Assembly (NCBI GenBank): GCA_051294905.1
Contig: CM119371.1
Span: forward strand, 3,784,001 to 3,848,000
Source of the DNA: Botryllus schlosseri
Lineage: Eukaryota
Length of the DNA stretch: 64,000 bases
Direction: 5' to 3'
The number at the start of each line of letters is the position of its first letter. Within the stretch, counting starts at the first letter, position 1. The position numbers and the translations under genes were made by a program. This document shows positions 13,670 through 25,167 of this stretch, piece by piece. The notes beneath the pieces are model-generated. The model was not told the DNA's origin. It ran no database searches and was given only the letters and a program-made list of their open reading frames with translations.

Positions 13670-14569
13670 CAATGTTGAGATGACTCTAGTCATGACTTGA
13701 GTCGAGTCAGACTCGAGTCACCTTTTTCGTATGACTTGACTCACTTTGCAAAAATGACTTGACTTGACTCGGCGTTTCAGAAATGCGGATTGACTCGTGA
13801 CTCGAAGCAAAATGGACGGGTCAATTTCAAGTCATCGAGAAATCGATGTCGCTAAAAATCACTGTGTACTAAAAAATGTTTCTGGTTGTTCTCGCTACGC
13901 TTCATTCAATGATTTTGCGTCTTATTGAACGTCCATTATTCTATTACAAATACATTGACCGCTTACCGCCTTACAGCGTACGTTGTCGGGTCGCAGTAGT
14001 AAAGTAATATAATAACAAGGTATCTATCTCTGTTCTATAGACTGTTCATTGGTGCTAGGTAATCACCTTAACCAAATCTCTTGTATGATCTAATATTCAG
14101 AATTGAATTCGAATATAGTTCACAAGTTTATATCAATAGTCAAGCATTGGCGTAGGCTAACTTTGTATTTCATGGCTATGTATTATGTCAAGTATCATAT
14201 CAATTCGTTTCCGCTACCTTAGATTTTGTGTTGTATTTTCTATTTTGGTTGATAAATTGAAGACAGCATTTAAACAACGGTTACATAGTTTAATAGTACT
14301 ATGCATTCGGGAGCTACGCAATGCATTTTTGAATGTGTATTTATCTCTATATTTATCCTTCTATTTAAAATAAATGAATCTGAATTTCGAACAGCTAGCG
14401 AAATGCAATGTGATGCCTTGTACTCAGAAAAAACAATTTGACTCTAATTGTGACTTGATTTGACTCGATTTACCTCGAAAAATGGAGTGACCTGACTTGA
14501 CTCGAGTCAAAATGTGCAATGAATCCAGATGACTATTGACTTGAAAGTAGTGACTTGATCCCAACACTG
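13670..14569. mobile_element. GACTT/GACTC-rich hAT MITE (inverted relative to 17536-18362)
   Basis: CAATGTTGAGATGAC...GATCCCAACACTG, internal homology to 17536-18362. Confidence 0.75.
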
Positions 14570-15285
14570 CCATCAGAAGAGTGAGACATGACATATTTTG
14601 CATCATTCACCAATGGCTCAGCAACTACATTATACTACAATAGAGTAGTGCAAGACACAGATGGATAGCTTCTCGCAGCATAGAGGCAACTAGAGTGGAA
14701 CATGGCGGTATTGAATAATCCTTTATTTGCAGTCCCATTATGGTAGTTTTCTGAAGAAAATGGCTTCAACCTAAAATTTTATCACAATTTTATGTTTAAT
14801 TTGATACAACATCATTTTAGAGCGCATTACCCTTGGAAAGAATTTTTGGAATATTTTTGTACGACAACATTTCTCAATAACTGTTGCTTCAGCAATACTT
14901 GAAAAACATTTTTTGCGTATTGGAAAACAAAATGAGGTCGCATGTAAATGCTGATTTTATTTTCGTTTTAATTGGGGTCGCCTATTAAGAAGCTGCCGAC
15001 TGATGGTCTAGAGTAGGCCAGCCCCACAATACTGACGATTTTTTTGCGGAAAAACTGCTAATAAACCAATGATATTGGACCGCACATATCTGGTCGTAAG
15101 AGATCTTCCCTGCCGAGGTAAAATTCCTCTTGCCATCTTCCTCCTTGTTTTACTTCTTCTGTTGATTTATCATCCTTTCACGTCTGTCCACAGCTTAATC
15201 AACTCGAATCTCATTCCCGTCCAAGTTGTTACCCTGCAATGGTAGCCACAAAGTCACAAATACATTTACAGACATACTTGTACAA

Positions 15286-15780
15286 TGGGGGTGTTAAAAA
15301 AACGAATATTTTTCAAATTTCGTCGGCTTAATTGTCAAATCGTCAGGTTATATTTAAAAAAACGTTGCACACCAAATTTGACTCAATTCCAACCACCAGA
15401 TGCCGAGGTCATTCAAATTGAAATTATGCTCATCTTTTCATAATAGTAGTCACGGACACGAATTTCGTCACACCGACATGACCAAAAATCGTGTTCCAGG
15501 TATGTCTGAAGAGGCAGGCATGTCTTTTTCACTTGTTTTGATCTTGACAAGGGCCTATGGTGGAGTGTGGATGAAGACATCGCCAGTAAACGAATAAAAG
15601 ATATGACACGGATTAGCTGGAAGTTAGTCCAACTTCATTGAAATAGACACGTTTAAACGATGGTGAGATAATTTTCAAATAGAGTAGGCCTACTTTGTGC
15701 ACTGAAATTAAATGACCTGACGATTTGACAACCAAGTCGATTAAATTTGTGTAAAAAAAAAAATTTTTAGAACACCCCTA
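15286..15780. mobile_element. Internally deleted member of the TAGGGGTGTT subfamily
   Basis: Homologous to the left arm of 35137-36750; ends GAACACCCCTA. Confidence 0.75.
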
Positions 15781-17535
15781 TCTTGCAGCCAATGCTAGCT
15801 CAGAATTATGACTACTGACAGCCTGAGGATGCCTTTTGAGCGTCAGAACTCCTTCTATTTCAAGCTCGAAACCGATTCTATCTCCAGTACTTCTTAGTTA
15901 ATTTGTGATTCAGTAGTTTGTATTATCATCAGTTTATTAGTTAGTTGTGTTTTAGTTGGTACGGCATCGTTTTTTCAAACGTTGTTATTTCTAGATCTGA
16001 TTAAAGTTGCAAGTTTTGTAAAGTGAGTGCAAATCCAGTAGTCTGTACAAGTCTGGTTACGGCGCCGGAATAGTGGTTTAAAAGTAAGCATGGGCGTATC
16101 TACACACGTTTTTCTAACCATTCAGCGAGTCGATACAATTTGTCACTTCTTCAAAAGTGAAGTCTTGAATTGGACGAGAGTACATCCCTTGCACATGCCA
16201 ATGGTGGAATTGATGGAGACCTGAACACCAGATGTCAAAGTGACAGCAACATATTAAAATATACGAAAACGTGCTAGAAAACAATGAACATGCATCTGAT
16301 CACCATACGTACAATGCATTTAATATCAAAAAGGTAGCATCAAGTTTCTCATTAAATTCGACTTTTTATATTTGCTTTCGACTTCCACGCACTTGCCGTT
16401 TACACACATTGATTTCATTTTAATTTTTGGATGACGATTTTGATTCACATAATTGGAATTTTTCGTCAACTTGACTTAAGTCGAGCAATTATCTTGAAAA
16501 ATGGAAATGGAAAATGACTCGAGTCAACTTAAAACACTTTATGTGTGGTGTCAACTTGTAGGCCTACTACAGTCATTGCGCAAGTCTCAGTGAAGTCATA
16601 TGACTCAAACATTCTATACAACTTGATTGAAGTCTCGTGTATCAGGATCAATACTTGACTCTGCGACTCGAGTCAAGACGAGTCAAGTCATGACTCGATT
16701 TATTACAAGCCTGAATGTAGCCAACGTATTGTCATAAAAGGATATTGTTACGAAAATCTTGTCTATCCGCGTTTCTGTTGCTCATTATCAGTTACTCAAA
16801 AAGATGATTCTTGCCATTTTAAAAGCTAGTACTGAGAAATTATTACCAAAAGCCTGCGTCTCATTCAGACAATCTATTTAGTAAAACAACTTATACTCAA
16901 GTACTCATCAGAACTTCTACTTTTGAATATTACTTCAAGTAGTTGTAACAAGGCTCAAATCGCTCATAATTGATGAGAAATTAAGGGGTCGATTCCAGAC
17001 TTCCTACCAAGTGTTGAAGATTTATCTAGGCTCCCCCTTGTCATATCATCTGTGTAAGCGGTGTCTCATAAAAGCCCACACGCGGGCCGTGCTACAAGTC
17101 GGCAGCTCAAGGATAGAAATGAAGAAATTTGGCCTGGTTTTGATGATCATGGTAGTCAACAAACACCATGAACACCACAAACACAAACAACATAATTACT
17201 TCTACTTCAACCGCAAGATAGTGTAGGCTAGAGCAAGAGTTGTATTGACTCGACTTGAGTCAGACTCGAATCATTACCTTGAATATAGAAAATGACTCGA
17301 CACGTACTTGAGTCAATGCGCACGGCTCGGCCAGGTCATATTAGGACCAGCAATCAAGTATTAAGACCATGCACACACAGTATGCGCCGGAAACATCGTT
17401 TTACTGGCCTTTTAGGAATGTATCTATTTTTCCAATGTCGCTATAGGCTACAACTAGAGTAGCAATAATCGGCAGCTTTATCAACGTGAGAGACACGACG
17501 ATAATTTTTGTTTGGGTCTTCATATAACGTTGAAC

Positions 17536-18362
17536 CAGTGTTGGGATCAAGTCAAGTGCTACCTTCGAGTCACGAGTCATTACACATTTTGACTCGAGTC
17601 AAGTCAAGTCAATCGATTTTTAGAGTTGACTCGAATCAAGTCGAGTCAAGTCAAGTCAAGTCGCAAGTCAAGTCACAATTCAAGTCCAAATGCCTTTTCG
17701 GAGTATGAGGCATGCTTATGTCTTTGCACTCTGCTAGCTGTCTGAAATACAGATTAAATGGTCATTGATTCCGAACAGATGAACGATTATAGACTGAATA
17801 TACATGAAAGAAGGCGTTGTTTCATTCACATATAGCCTACGTAGAAATCCTAAACTACGTAAGCAATTGCATAGCCTCAGTTTATAGTTACCTGTCAAAA
17901 TAGATCATTGAGAAACGAATTGATAAGATGCAATACATTACCCATTTACAAATTGATATGCTATGATACAAACTCATGCCTGCGCGAATAGTTCGGGACT
18001 ATACGAACTATATTCGTATTCAATTTAAAAAAAAACAAGAGGTGCGGTTATGACAGCGCAAGCTTCACTTCGGTTGTGGTCAATATATTTATGAGAGAAC
18101 AATGGAGGCTCAGTAAGACGCACGATCATTGGATGATTGGCCGTTCTCACGATTTAACGTTTCGTGAACAATCCGACCATATACAAAATACTGTGATTTT
18201 TATCGACGTCTATTGCTTGATGACTTGAAATTGACTCGTGAATTTTGCTCCAAGTCCCGAGTCAATCCGCATTTCTGACACGCCAAGTCAAGTCAAGTCA
18301 TTTCAGCAAAATGACTCCAGTCTGATTCGAGTCAAGTCATGACTCAAGTCATCCCAACACTG
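17536..18362. mobile_element. AAGTC-rich hAT MITE
   Basis: CAGTGTTGGGA...TCCCAACACTG; TSD CGTTGAAC/CGCTGAAT. Confidence 0.85.
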
Positions 18363-18859
18363 CGCTGAATTGCATAAATTCTCGGGGCAGTTCCATGCTA
18401 TCTGTAAGAAAGGGTACCGTATAATAATTGTAAGGGATATATACAATAGACACCCAGGTTGAGATAGATGCCGACATTAATGCCACTCAATTAGAATAAT
18501 TAAATATTTTCAGGTGGAGTCATGGTGGTAGCAAACATTGTTGCTACTCAAGAACAGTACCGTAATAAAGTACTAGCTGGGAGAGTCTAGAGATGGTTCA
18601 TAACATTGATGCTAATCACTGTAGTTGTCGAATTTTTCAATTTTCGGCAAAAATTTCAAAGTGGACAGAAAGGAGAGGGAGAATCCTATAATATTGTCAC
18701 GCTTGACTGATTTCTATAGACAATGACCCATAACACGAGCTACATTCAGGGCCGAGTATCAAAAATAATTAGGGCTAACCTCTTACTTACATGACAGAAT
18801 AGACCAATATTCATACCATAACAGAGTGAACAGGATTGCAACGTCTAAATAGTTCAATT

Positions 18860-21800
18860 ACAGACACAATTTCAGATCTGCCTTGAAAAAGCCTTTCAAT
18901 TTCACAGTTAAATGATCAATGATCATGAAAAGCTTATTTTTCATCATGCTATAACTTGGAAACTATACTCATGGTATGCAGGCTAATTCATTCAAAATAA
19001 ATTGATATTTGCTAAGATATATTCCACTAGGTTATGAGCCAAATTTCTGAAAAATATGAAACTATATGGAGTCCAAATCTATTATCATGGCACAAGCAAT
19101 CCGTTACGCTGGATTGATCACAACTCAAGGTTAAACTTGATCAGACTCGCAGCATTGTTTAATATAAAGGTAGGCTACATATTATCTATAAGATTGTGAC
19201 ACAATGATTTGCATACCAGTACTCAAATCTGAATCAAGTATCATCAACTCTACTGATTCGAGTTAGCAGTGAAATATGATTTTTTGGACTAATGAAGCTT
19301 TACGTCCGGTTCCATCAAAAAGTTATAATTGCATAAATTTTCTGAAACTTCGACTGGTCGTATCGCAACATACGAAATATGTTGTACACAGCTATGAACG
19401 TTAGCGGAAATGACATTTCTGTGTAACTGTGATCGACTTACAACATTGTCACAAAGACAAATAAAGTATTTTCGAAAAATACCAAATCATCATTATGTGG
19501 TGAAGAGCCGGCCTTATGTTACGTAGTTACATGAAAAGTAGGCTACATCCTACATATACTTGATTCAGAATAGAATCACTCAGGTACCGGTATTCGATTT
19601 TGCCCAGATGTAAGCCCAGTACATACCAGCAAACCTTTTTCCTGCATGATTTCGTCTCCAGCATCATCGTCCATCGGTAATTCCATTTCAAGTCAACAAC
19701 ACAGTAACCCACTAGGTCTTAGATTTTCATGTCATTTTAGGAGTGCATCTGGTATCTAGCACTGAGTGTGGAAAACATTATTTTTTCAACATTCAGACAC
19801 TGAATCCAATTTGTGCTCACTCAACGATGTAGTTCAATTAGTTTCCCATTCTCTGTTACAGTACGGTCATAAAATAGCGTAATGAAGTAGATAAGAGCGG
19901 ATGATGTGCTCTAATAACAAAATACAGAAAACTCCTGATACTGAAGGAAAAATATTCATCAATTAAATGGGGTCAAGGGTCAATATCAGTCTTAGTAGCC
20001 TAGCCCTTTCAAAATCGATCATGTGTGACATAAACTTGGAACATTTTTAGGGAATTCTGTCTACACAAAAATTAAAAAGTTACTTGGTATATGAAAGAGC
20101 TGGTTGGGGGGAGAAATATGACTCACATGCTTTGCTCTATAATATTTAATTGGTAGGCTAATAGGCCTAGTCTAATTCAACTTCATACATAGATACTTCT
20201 GAATTCAAGCTGTAATTCAATTTCAGATCTAACAAAAAAGGCACTTCTTCGATGGCAGTCAGAGATCGAAAAGTGTTCACCATGATCACCAATCAATGTT
20301 TCCTATTAACACGAACAAAAATTTATAAACGTCAAAATATATTGTTTTCTTTTCGCGTTTGGAGAGGGTTATGGTCAAAGTTGGGTTTAGGGTATCCCAA
20401 GATTAGGGTTGGGGGGATATTAGGGTTGCGCTATTAGGGCTGGGGTGAGGGGGATATTAGGGTTGCGGGAAGGGGATATTAGGGTTGCAGGAGGGAGGAT
20501 ATAAGGTTTAGGGTAGGGGATATTAGGATTAGGGGAGAGGGAGATTGGAGGTGGGTTGGTATCCAAAGATTAGGGTTGGGGGGTTGGAGGTGGCTTAGGT
20601 TCAAAGTTGGGGTTAGATTACCCCAACCGGGGTTTAACCCACCTCCAATCTCCTTTCCCCCCAACCCTAATATCCCCCCTCCCGCAACCGTAATATCCCC
20701 CTCCCGCAACCCTAATATCCCCCTCCCACAACCCTAATATCCCCCTCCCACAACCCTAATATCCCCCTCCCGCTACCATTATATCCCCCTCCCATAACCC
20801 TAATATCCCTCTCCCGCAACCCTAATATCCCCCTCCCGCAACCCTAATATCCCCGTCCCACAACCCTAATATCCGCCTCCCGCAACCCTAATATCCCCCT
20901 TCCCTAATCTTGAGATACCTAACCCCAACTTTGACCCTAACCCTCTTCCAATCTCCCTTTCCCCCCACCCTAATACCCCCACCCCCACCCTAATATCCGT
21001 CACTCCAAAGGCACAAAAAACAGTTTATTTTGACGTTTATAAATTTTTGTTCGTGTTCATGGAAAACATTGGTTGGTGATCATGGTGAACACTTTTCGAT
21101 CTCTGACTGCCATCGAAGAAGTGCCACAAAAAATAGATTGGGTATCAATAAAGTTTCAGATTTTGCAAATACTTGGATCAAGTCATTATGAAGTATTTCT
21201 GAGTTGATATGATTAAAGAGCAATTTATTTTAACGGAATTACCGGTAGGCCAACATAAGCGGTTATCAGGGTATCACATATAAAAAAAGCTTTTTTTGCT
21301 CATTTAACTTTGAAATGGAATTTTTTCAAGCTGATTTGAAATTGTCTGTAAATGAGATACTTTGGCAATAAATAGTTGTTCTCATTGTTATTTTACATAA
21401 GTTGATTCATTTTAGCATGCAAGAGTTGAGGTTATAATTTGAGGTACACAGCCCCTAATGTCTCCCTCTCATTTCTGTCTATACCGTAGGCCTACTTCAA
21501 AACTTTTGTGAAGGGTGTCATATGAATTCTGTTGCGACATGGAATATATACTTAAGTAATAGGTTAGATGCCAAAATTCTGTAATTAGAATATGGAGCAT
21601 GATTTTCATGTAAATCACCACATTTTTATAATCTGAAATATTCCCTGTAGTCACAAGCTCGTTAGTAAATATTACATAAAATCTCATTTCATAAAGATTC
21701 TATGCTACGGCAGGTATTATACGACTATTTACCAAATAATTCAAGCAGAAACCGAAATGTTAGGGAGAGTTATAAAATATTTTTACACACAACAATTTCC

Positions 21801-22230
21801 ATGGGCTTCACCTTCAGCTACATTCTTGGCAGGGCACCAAAGATGAATATTTTCTCACTGGCTTGCTGAATTTATCAATTTATACAACATGACAACATTC
21901 TCAGGTATAAGTAGCTTATTTATACAGACACAAGTTCAGATCTGCATAAAAACAGCATTTGGATTTCACGGTTAAATGAGCAGAAAGCTTGTTTCCATCA
22001 TGCGATAACTTGAAAACTTCATTCAAAATGGATAATGGTAGCTATCTACTGAGCTATATAGCCTTTCCCAAGGTGATGAGTCAAATTTCTGCAACTTGAT
22101 GTAGACCTAATTTCTCTTTGGTTCATTTGACATGTGATTAACTATATACAGCACTCACAAACAATCCAGTAAGCTGGCTTGATCATGGCTCAAGGTTGAA
22201 CTTAATTAGACTTGCAGCATCATTTTACAT
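18860..22230 (+). repeat. Diverged ~300-bp duplication, 18860-19170 versus 21925-22230
   Basis: Shared blocks acagacacaa..tcagatctgc, catcatgc.ataacttg and ctcaaggtt.aactt.at.agact.gcagcat. Confidence 0.7.
20240..21125. mobile_element. Foldback element with ~110-bp TIRs and an inverted G-rich/C-rich 22-bp minisatellite
   Basis: GGCACTTCTTCGATGGCAG...CTGCCATCGAAGAAGTGCC, flanking direct repeat ACAAAAAA, about 11 copies of CAACCCTAATATCCCCCTCCCR at 20661-20905, and a G-rich mirror arm at 20365-20615. Confidence 0.85.
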
Positions 22231-22241
22231 TCAGTAATTTC

Positions 22242-23166
22242 TAGGGATGGTGTGAACCTCTGAAAGGTTCAGGTTCGTGTGAACACGAACCTTTTTGAAA
22301 GGTTCTGTGTGAACGCGAACGTGAACCTCGTGACGTCATATTACTAATTTCAACCCTGCATTTCAGTGTAGTGATAGCCTAATGTACATCAGTATTCAGT
22401 ACTTGATACCTGGCGAAGACTCGGGTCACATATTTCCAACATCCTTCACTTTGCGAACAATTTCGACGAGGACTTGCAAGGGAATATAAAATTACGCCTT
22501 GGCCTGACCGGACAATGTATTCGGCGTCTGAGTATTGCTACGTTGATATTGAGCAGAGTGTAAAACGGGTTTCTATACTTGCTACCGATATTACCCCATT
22601 ATCAGGTTATACAGCAGTAGCCAACACCCCAATCGCATGAATTTGTTTTTTATGATACAATAAACATATCAAATCAAGATTGAACCGATACGCTAGTTCT
22701 AGTTCGATTTGTTACATCAGACAACGATATCAATTTCATTGATTGGCTGAATAAGCATCATTAGGTGACTACCAGCACCACCTACACGTAGTGTATTTCG
22801 CTCTTGATGTTGTGTGATTGCGGGTCAAGCTCACAGCTGAGAGTCACTAAATATTCACGAAAGGAAAGCTAGATATTTCGAGCAAACTTTTGCAACAAAG
22901 CAAGTAAAATTTTGAGATTGTCAATTGAGATGCATGCTCGTTTAGTGTTGATTTTTTTTTATGGCGCTATGCACAAAGTGGCCCGCAGTTGAAATGCAAT
23001 AAATTTCCACCAAAGATGTTATAATGAAGGGGAAATTGTAATATACTGGTATGTAAAAGGTTCACAGTGCAGAACCTACCAAGGTTCGTTTGCGAACGTG
23101 AACCTCTAAATTTATGAGGTTCACACACGGAACGCGAACGTGAACCTCACGTTCACACCATCCCTA
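22242..23166. mobile_element. hAT MITE with GAAC/GTTC subterminal repeats
   Basis: TAGGGATGGTGTGAAC...GTTCACACCATCCCTA; perfect TSD GTAATTTC. Confidence 0.9.
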
Positions 23167-23671
23167 GTAATTTCATTTTCGAGCGAGGTAGTAACGAACG
23201 ATCGATACTCCATGGAAACTCGAAAATCATGTTTGATAGAAGCTGTAAGCCAATATGGAATCGGTTTCTTGCTGATAACCGTCTTGGCACACCAAACATA
23301 TCAAACTAGATGCAGTAGGATTCACTTTCCGAGCATATTGAATGAATACCGAGGGCGATTTCTAGAATCCGGGGTTACCGGTATCGACTATCAAGCCATG
23401 TCAATATTTCAAAAGATTTCACAGATCAAACCTTTCGTAACACAATGATCCAGCTAGAAACCATCACAATGTCGAGTTGGTAACCTCTATTCCTATCGAT
23501 ATAATAAGACTGTACTATTGTATGTGAGCACCGTAGAAGCGCGAAACGGTATATGCCAATAAAGCACTGGTCTACGATCAATCAACATCAAGTAGCTATA
23601 GGTTAGGTTTGCGCATTCGCCCATTCGGCATCGCGCAGATCCATCTATTCATCCTAAATTCAGGTGTAAAA

Positions 23672-23812
23672 CATCATCATCATCATCATTGGTTTATTAG
23701 CAATTTTATCAGTTCAATACAACACAAAAAATGCGATACAATGAAAAGACAGGAAGATGTCGAAGCGACAAGGAATAGTCTATGGAATCTGACACCCACC
23801 TTGGCCTAGGCG
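23672..23812 (-). mobile_element. 3' end of a retroposon (LINE/SINE) with AATAAA and (ATG)n tail
   Basis: The same ~100-bp sequence and tail recur at 55274-55380 (minus) and 57574-57668 (plus). Confidence 0.6.
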
Positions 23813-24189
23813 ATGTAAAGAGGAGGCATGCACACTGAATGAAAGTAAAGAAGATAGTATAGAAAAAGAATGCGACAAGAAATAGGGCGGCATGTCATGG
23901 GAAGCGAGATCGATAGGTCAGTCGTGTCTCAGGTACGCTAACCTACTGCTTACCATGTCATGCTTTTTCGCTTCATCCAGTAATATACGTGAGTCAGCCT
24001 GTGCTCTGAAACATATTAGCTATATCTCCAACGTCCGCGCGATCGAATTAAAACTGATATTAGAACACTCGATCAGCTGATTTCATCCCATGTTTTGACT
24101 CAGAGCCATTCATGCACGTGAGACATTAGCTCCATCACGCGGAAGAACGAAAGGCGTCAAATCGATAACATCATTCAGTTCGATGTTAT

Positions 24190-24751
24190 CATAGTGCCCT
24201 ATATGGTGTCGACACAAGCAAATCTCACGCCTCAGTGAAATTGTATCACGTCACAATTTCCATTTAGCTACAGGCAATTTGACGGTCATTTTTGACCGGC
24301 TTGCCGAGCATTAAATTTGGTAAAACTGGTATCAGTCGAAAGCTGACTCTGCACTGATTACGAAAATATAAATTTTATTCCGCTCGCGGCCCTGGAACCC
24401 CCACAACCAGCCTCGAATTTTTCATTGTTATGGAGATTGGCATTGAGATGCAACAATGCTGTCTGGCGAAACGAGAGATTGGCATTGTTGCGTCTCAATG
24501 CCAATCTCCATAACAATGAAAAATTCGATGCTGGTTGTGGGGGTTCCAGGGCCGCGAGCGGAATAAAATTTATATTTTCGTAATCAGTGCAGAGTCAGCT
24601 TGCGACTGATACCAGTTTTACCAAATTTAATGCTCGGCAAGCTGGTCAAAAATGACCGTCAACTTGCCTGTAGCCAAATGGAAATTGTGACGTGATAGAA
24701 TTTCACTGAGCCGTGAGATTTGCTTGTGTCGACACCATATAGGACACTATG
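24190..24751. mobile_element. TIR-only MITE derivative of the same CATAG foldback family
   Basis: 562-bp palindrome homologous to the TIRs of 25168-27244; 7-bp TSD ATGTTAT/ATGTTAC. Confidence 0.9.
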
Positions 24752-25167
24752 ATGTTACATTTCCTTCATAATCTATTTGGTTTTGTCATCTCTCCTAATT
24801 TTATTCTCCTGTACATATCGTTGTTATCGGATGGGTCGATAAAGCCCACACTCGATACGGTACGTATTATAAGCATTTAAAAGGGTTGCCCGACATATGA
24901 GCATGCGACACAATGGAAAACGACAGTTCAGCATGGAACACATCAGCATGCGTCACTTCAGCATGTGACTGTATAACCCAAAAACTTACCCTAACCCGAA
25001 ACATAGCTTAACCTAACCTAACCTAGTCTAACCTAACCTAAACCCCAACCCTAACCCAACCATAAATCCAACCCTAACCTACCCCTAACCCGTAATTTAA
25101 CCCACATGCTCATGTGTCACATGCCAAATTGTCGCATGCCGAAGTCTCGCATGCTGTAATGTCGCAT

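Larger units (their letters stand above)
11700..16440 (-). repeat. Local duplication: 11700-13280 (with MITE) versus 15860-16440; partial third copy at ~2790-3090
   Basis: Colinear similarity, e.g. aagtctggttacggcgccggaatagtg in both copies, and a shared frame ending RPIQD(L/F)TF...IDSLNG. Confidence 0.8.

Noticed and set aside
15100..15235. GNNLDGNEIRVD, resembling the end of an RRM domain
   Set aside because: Followed immediately by a stop; too short to support.
24985..25100. True or interstitial telomere
   Set aside because: Short, degenerate, and enclosed by TIRs and a TSD, so it is part of a MITE.
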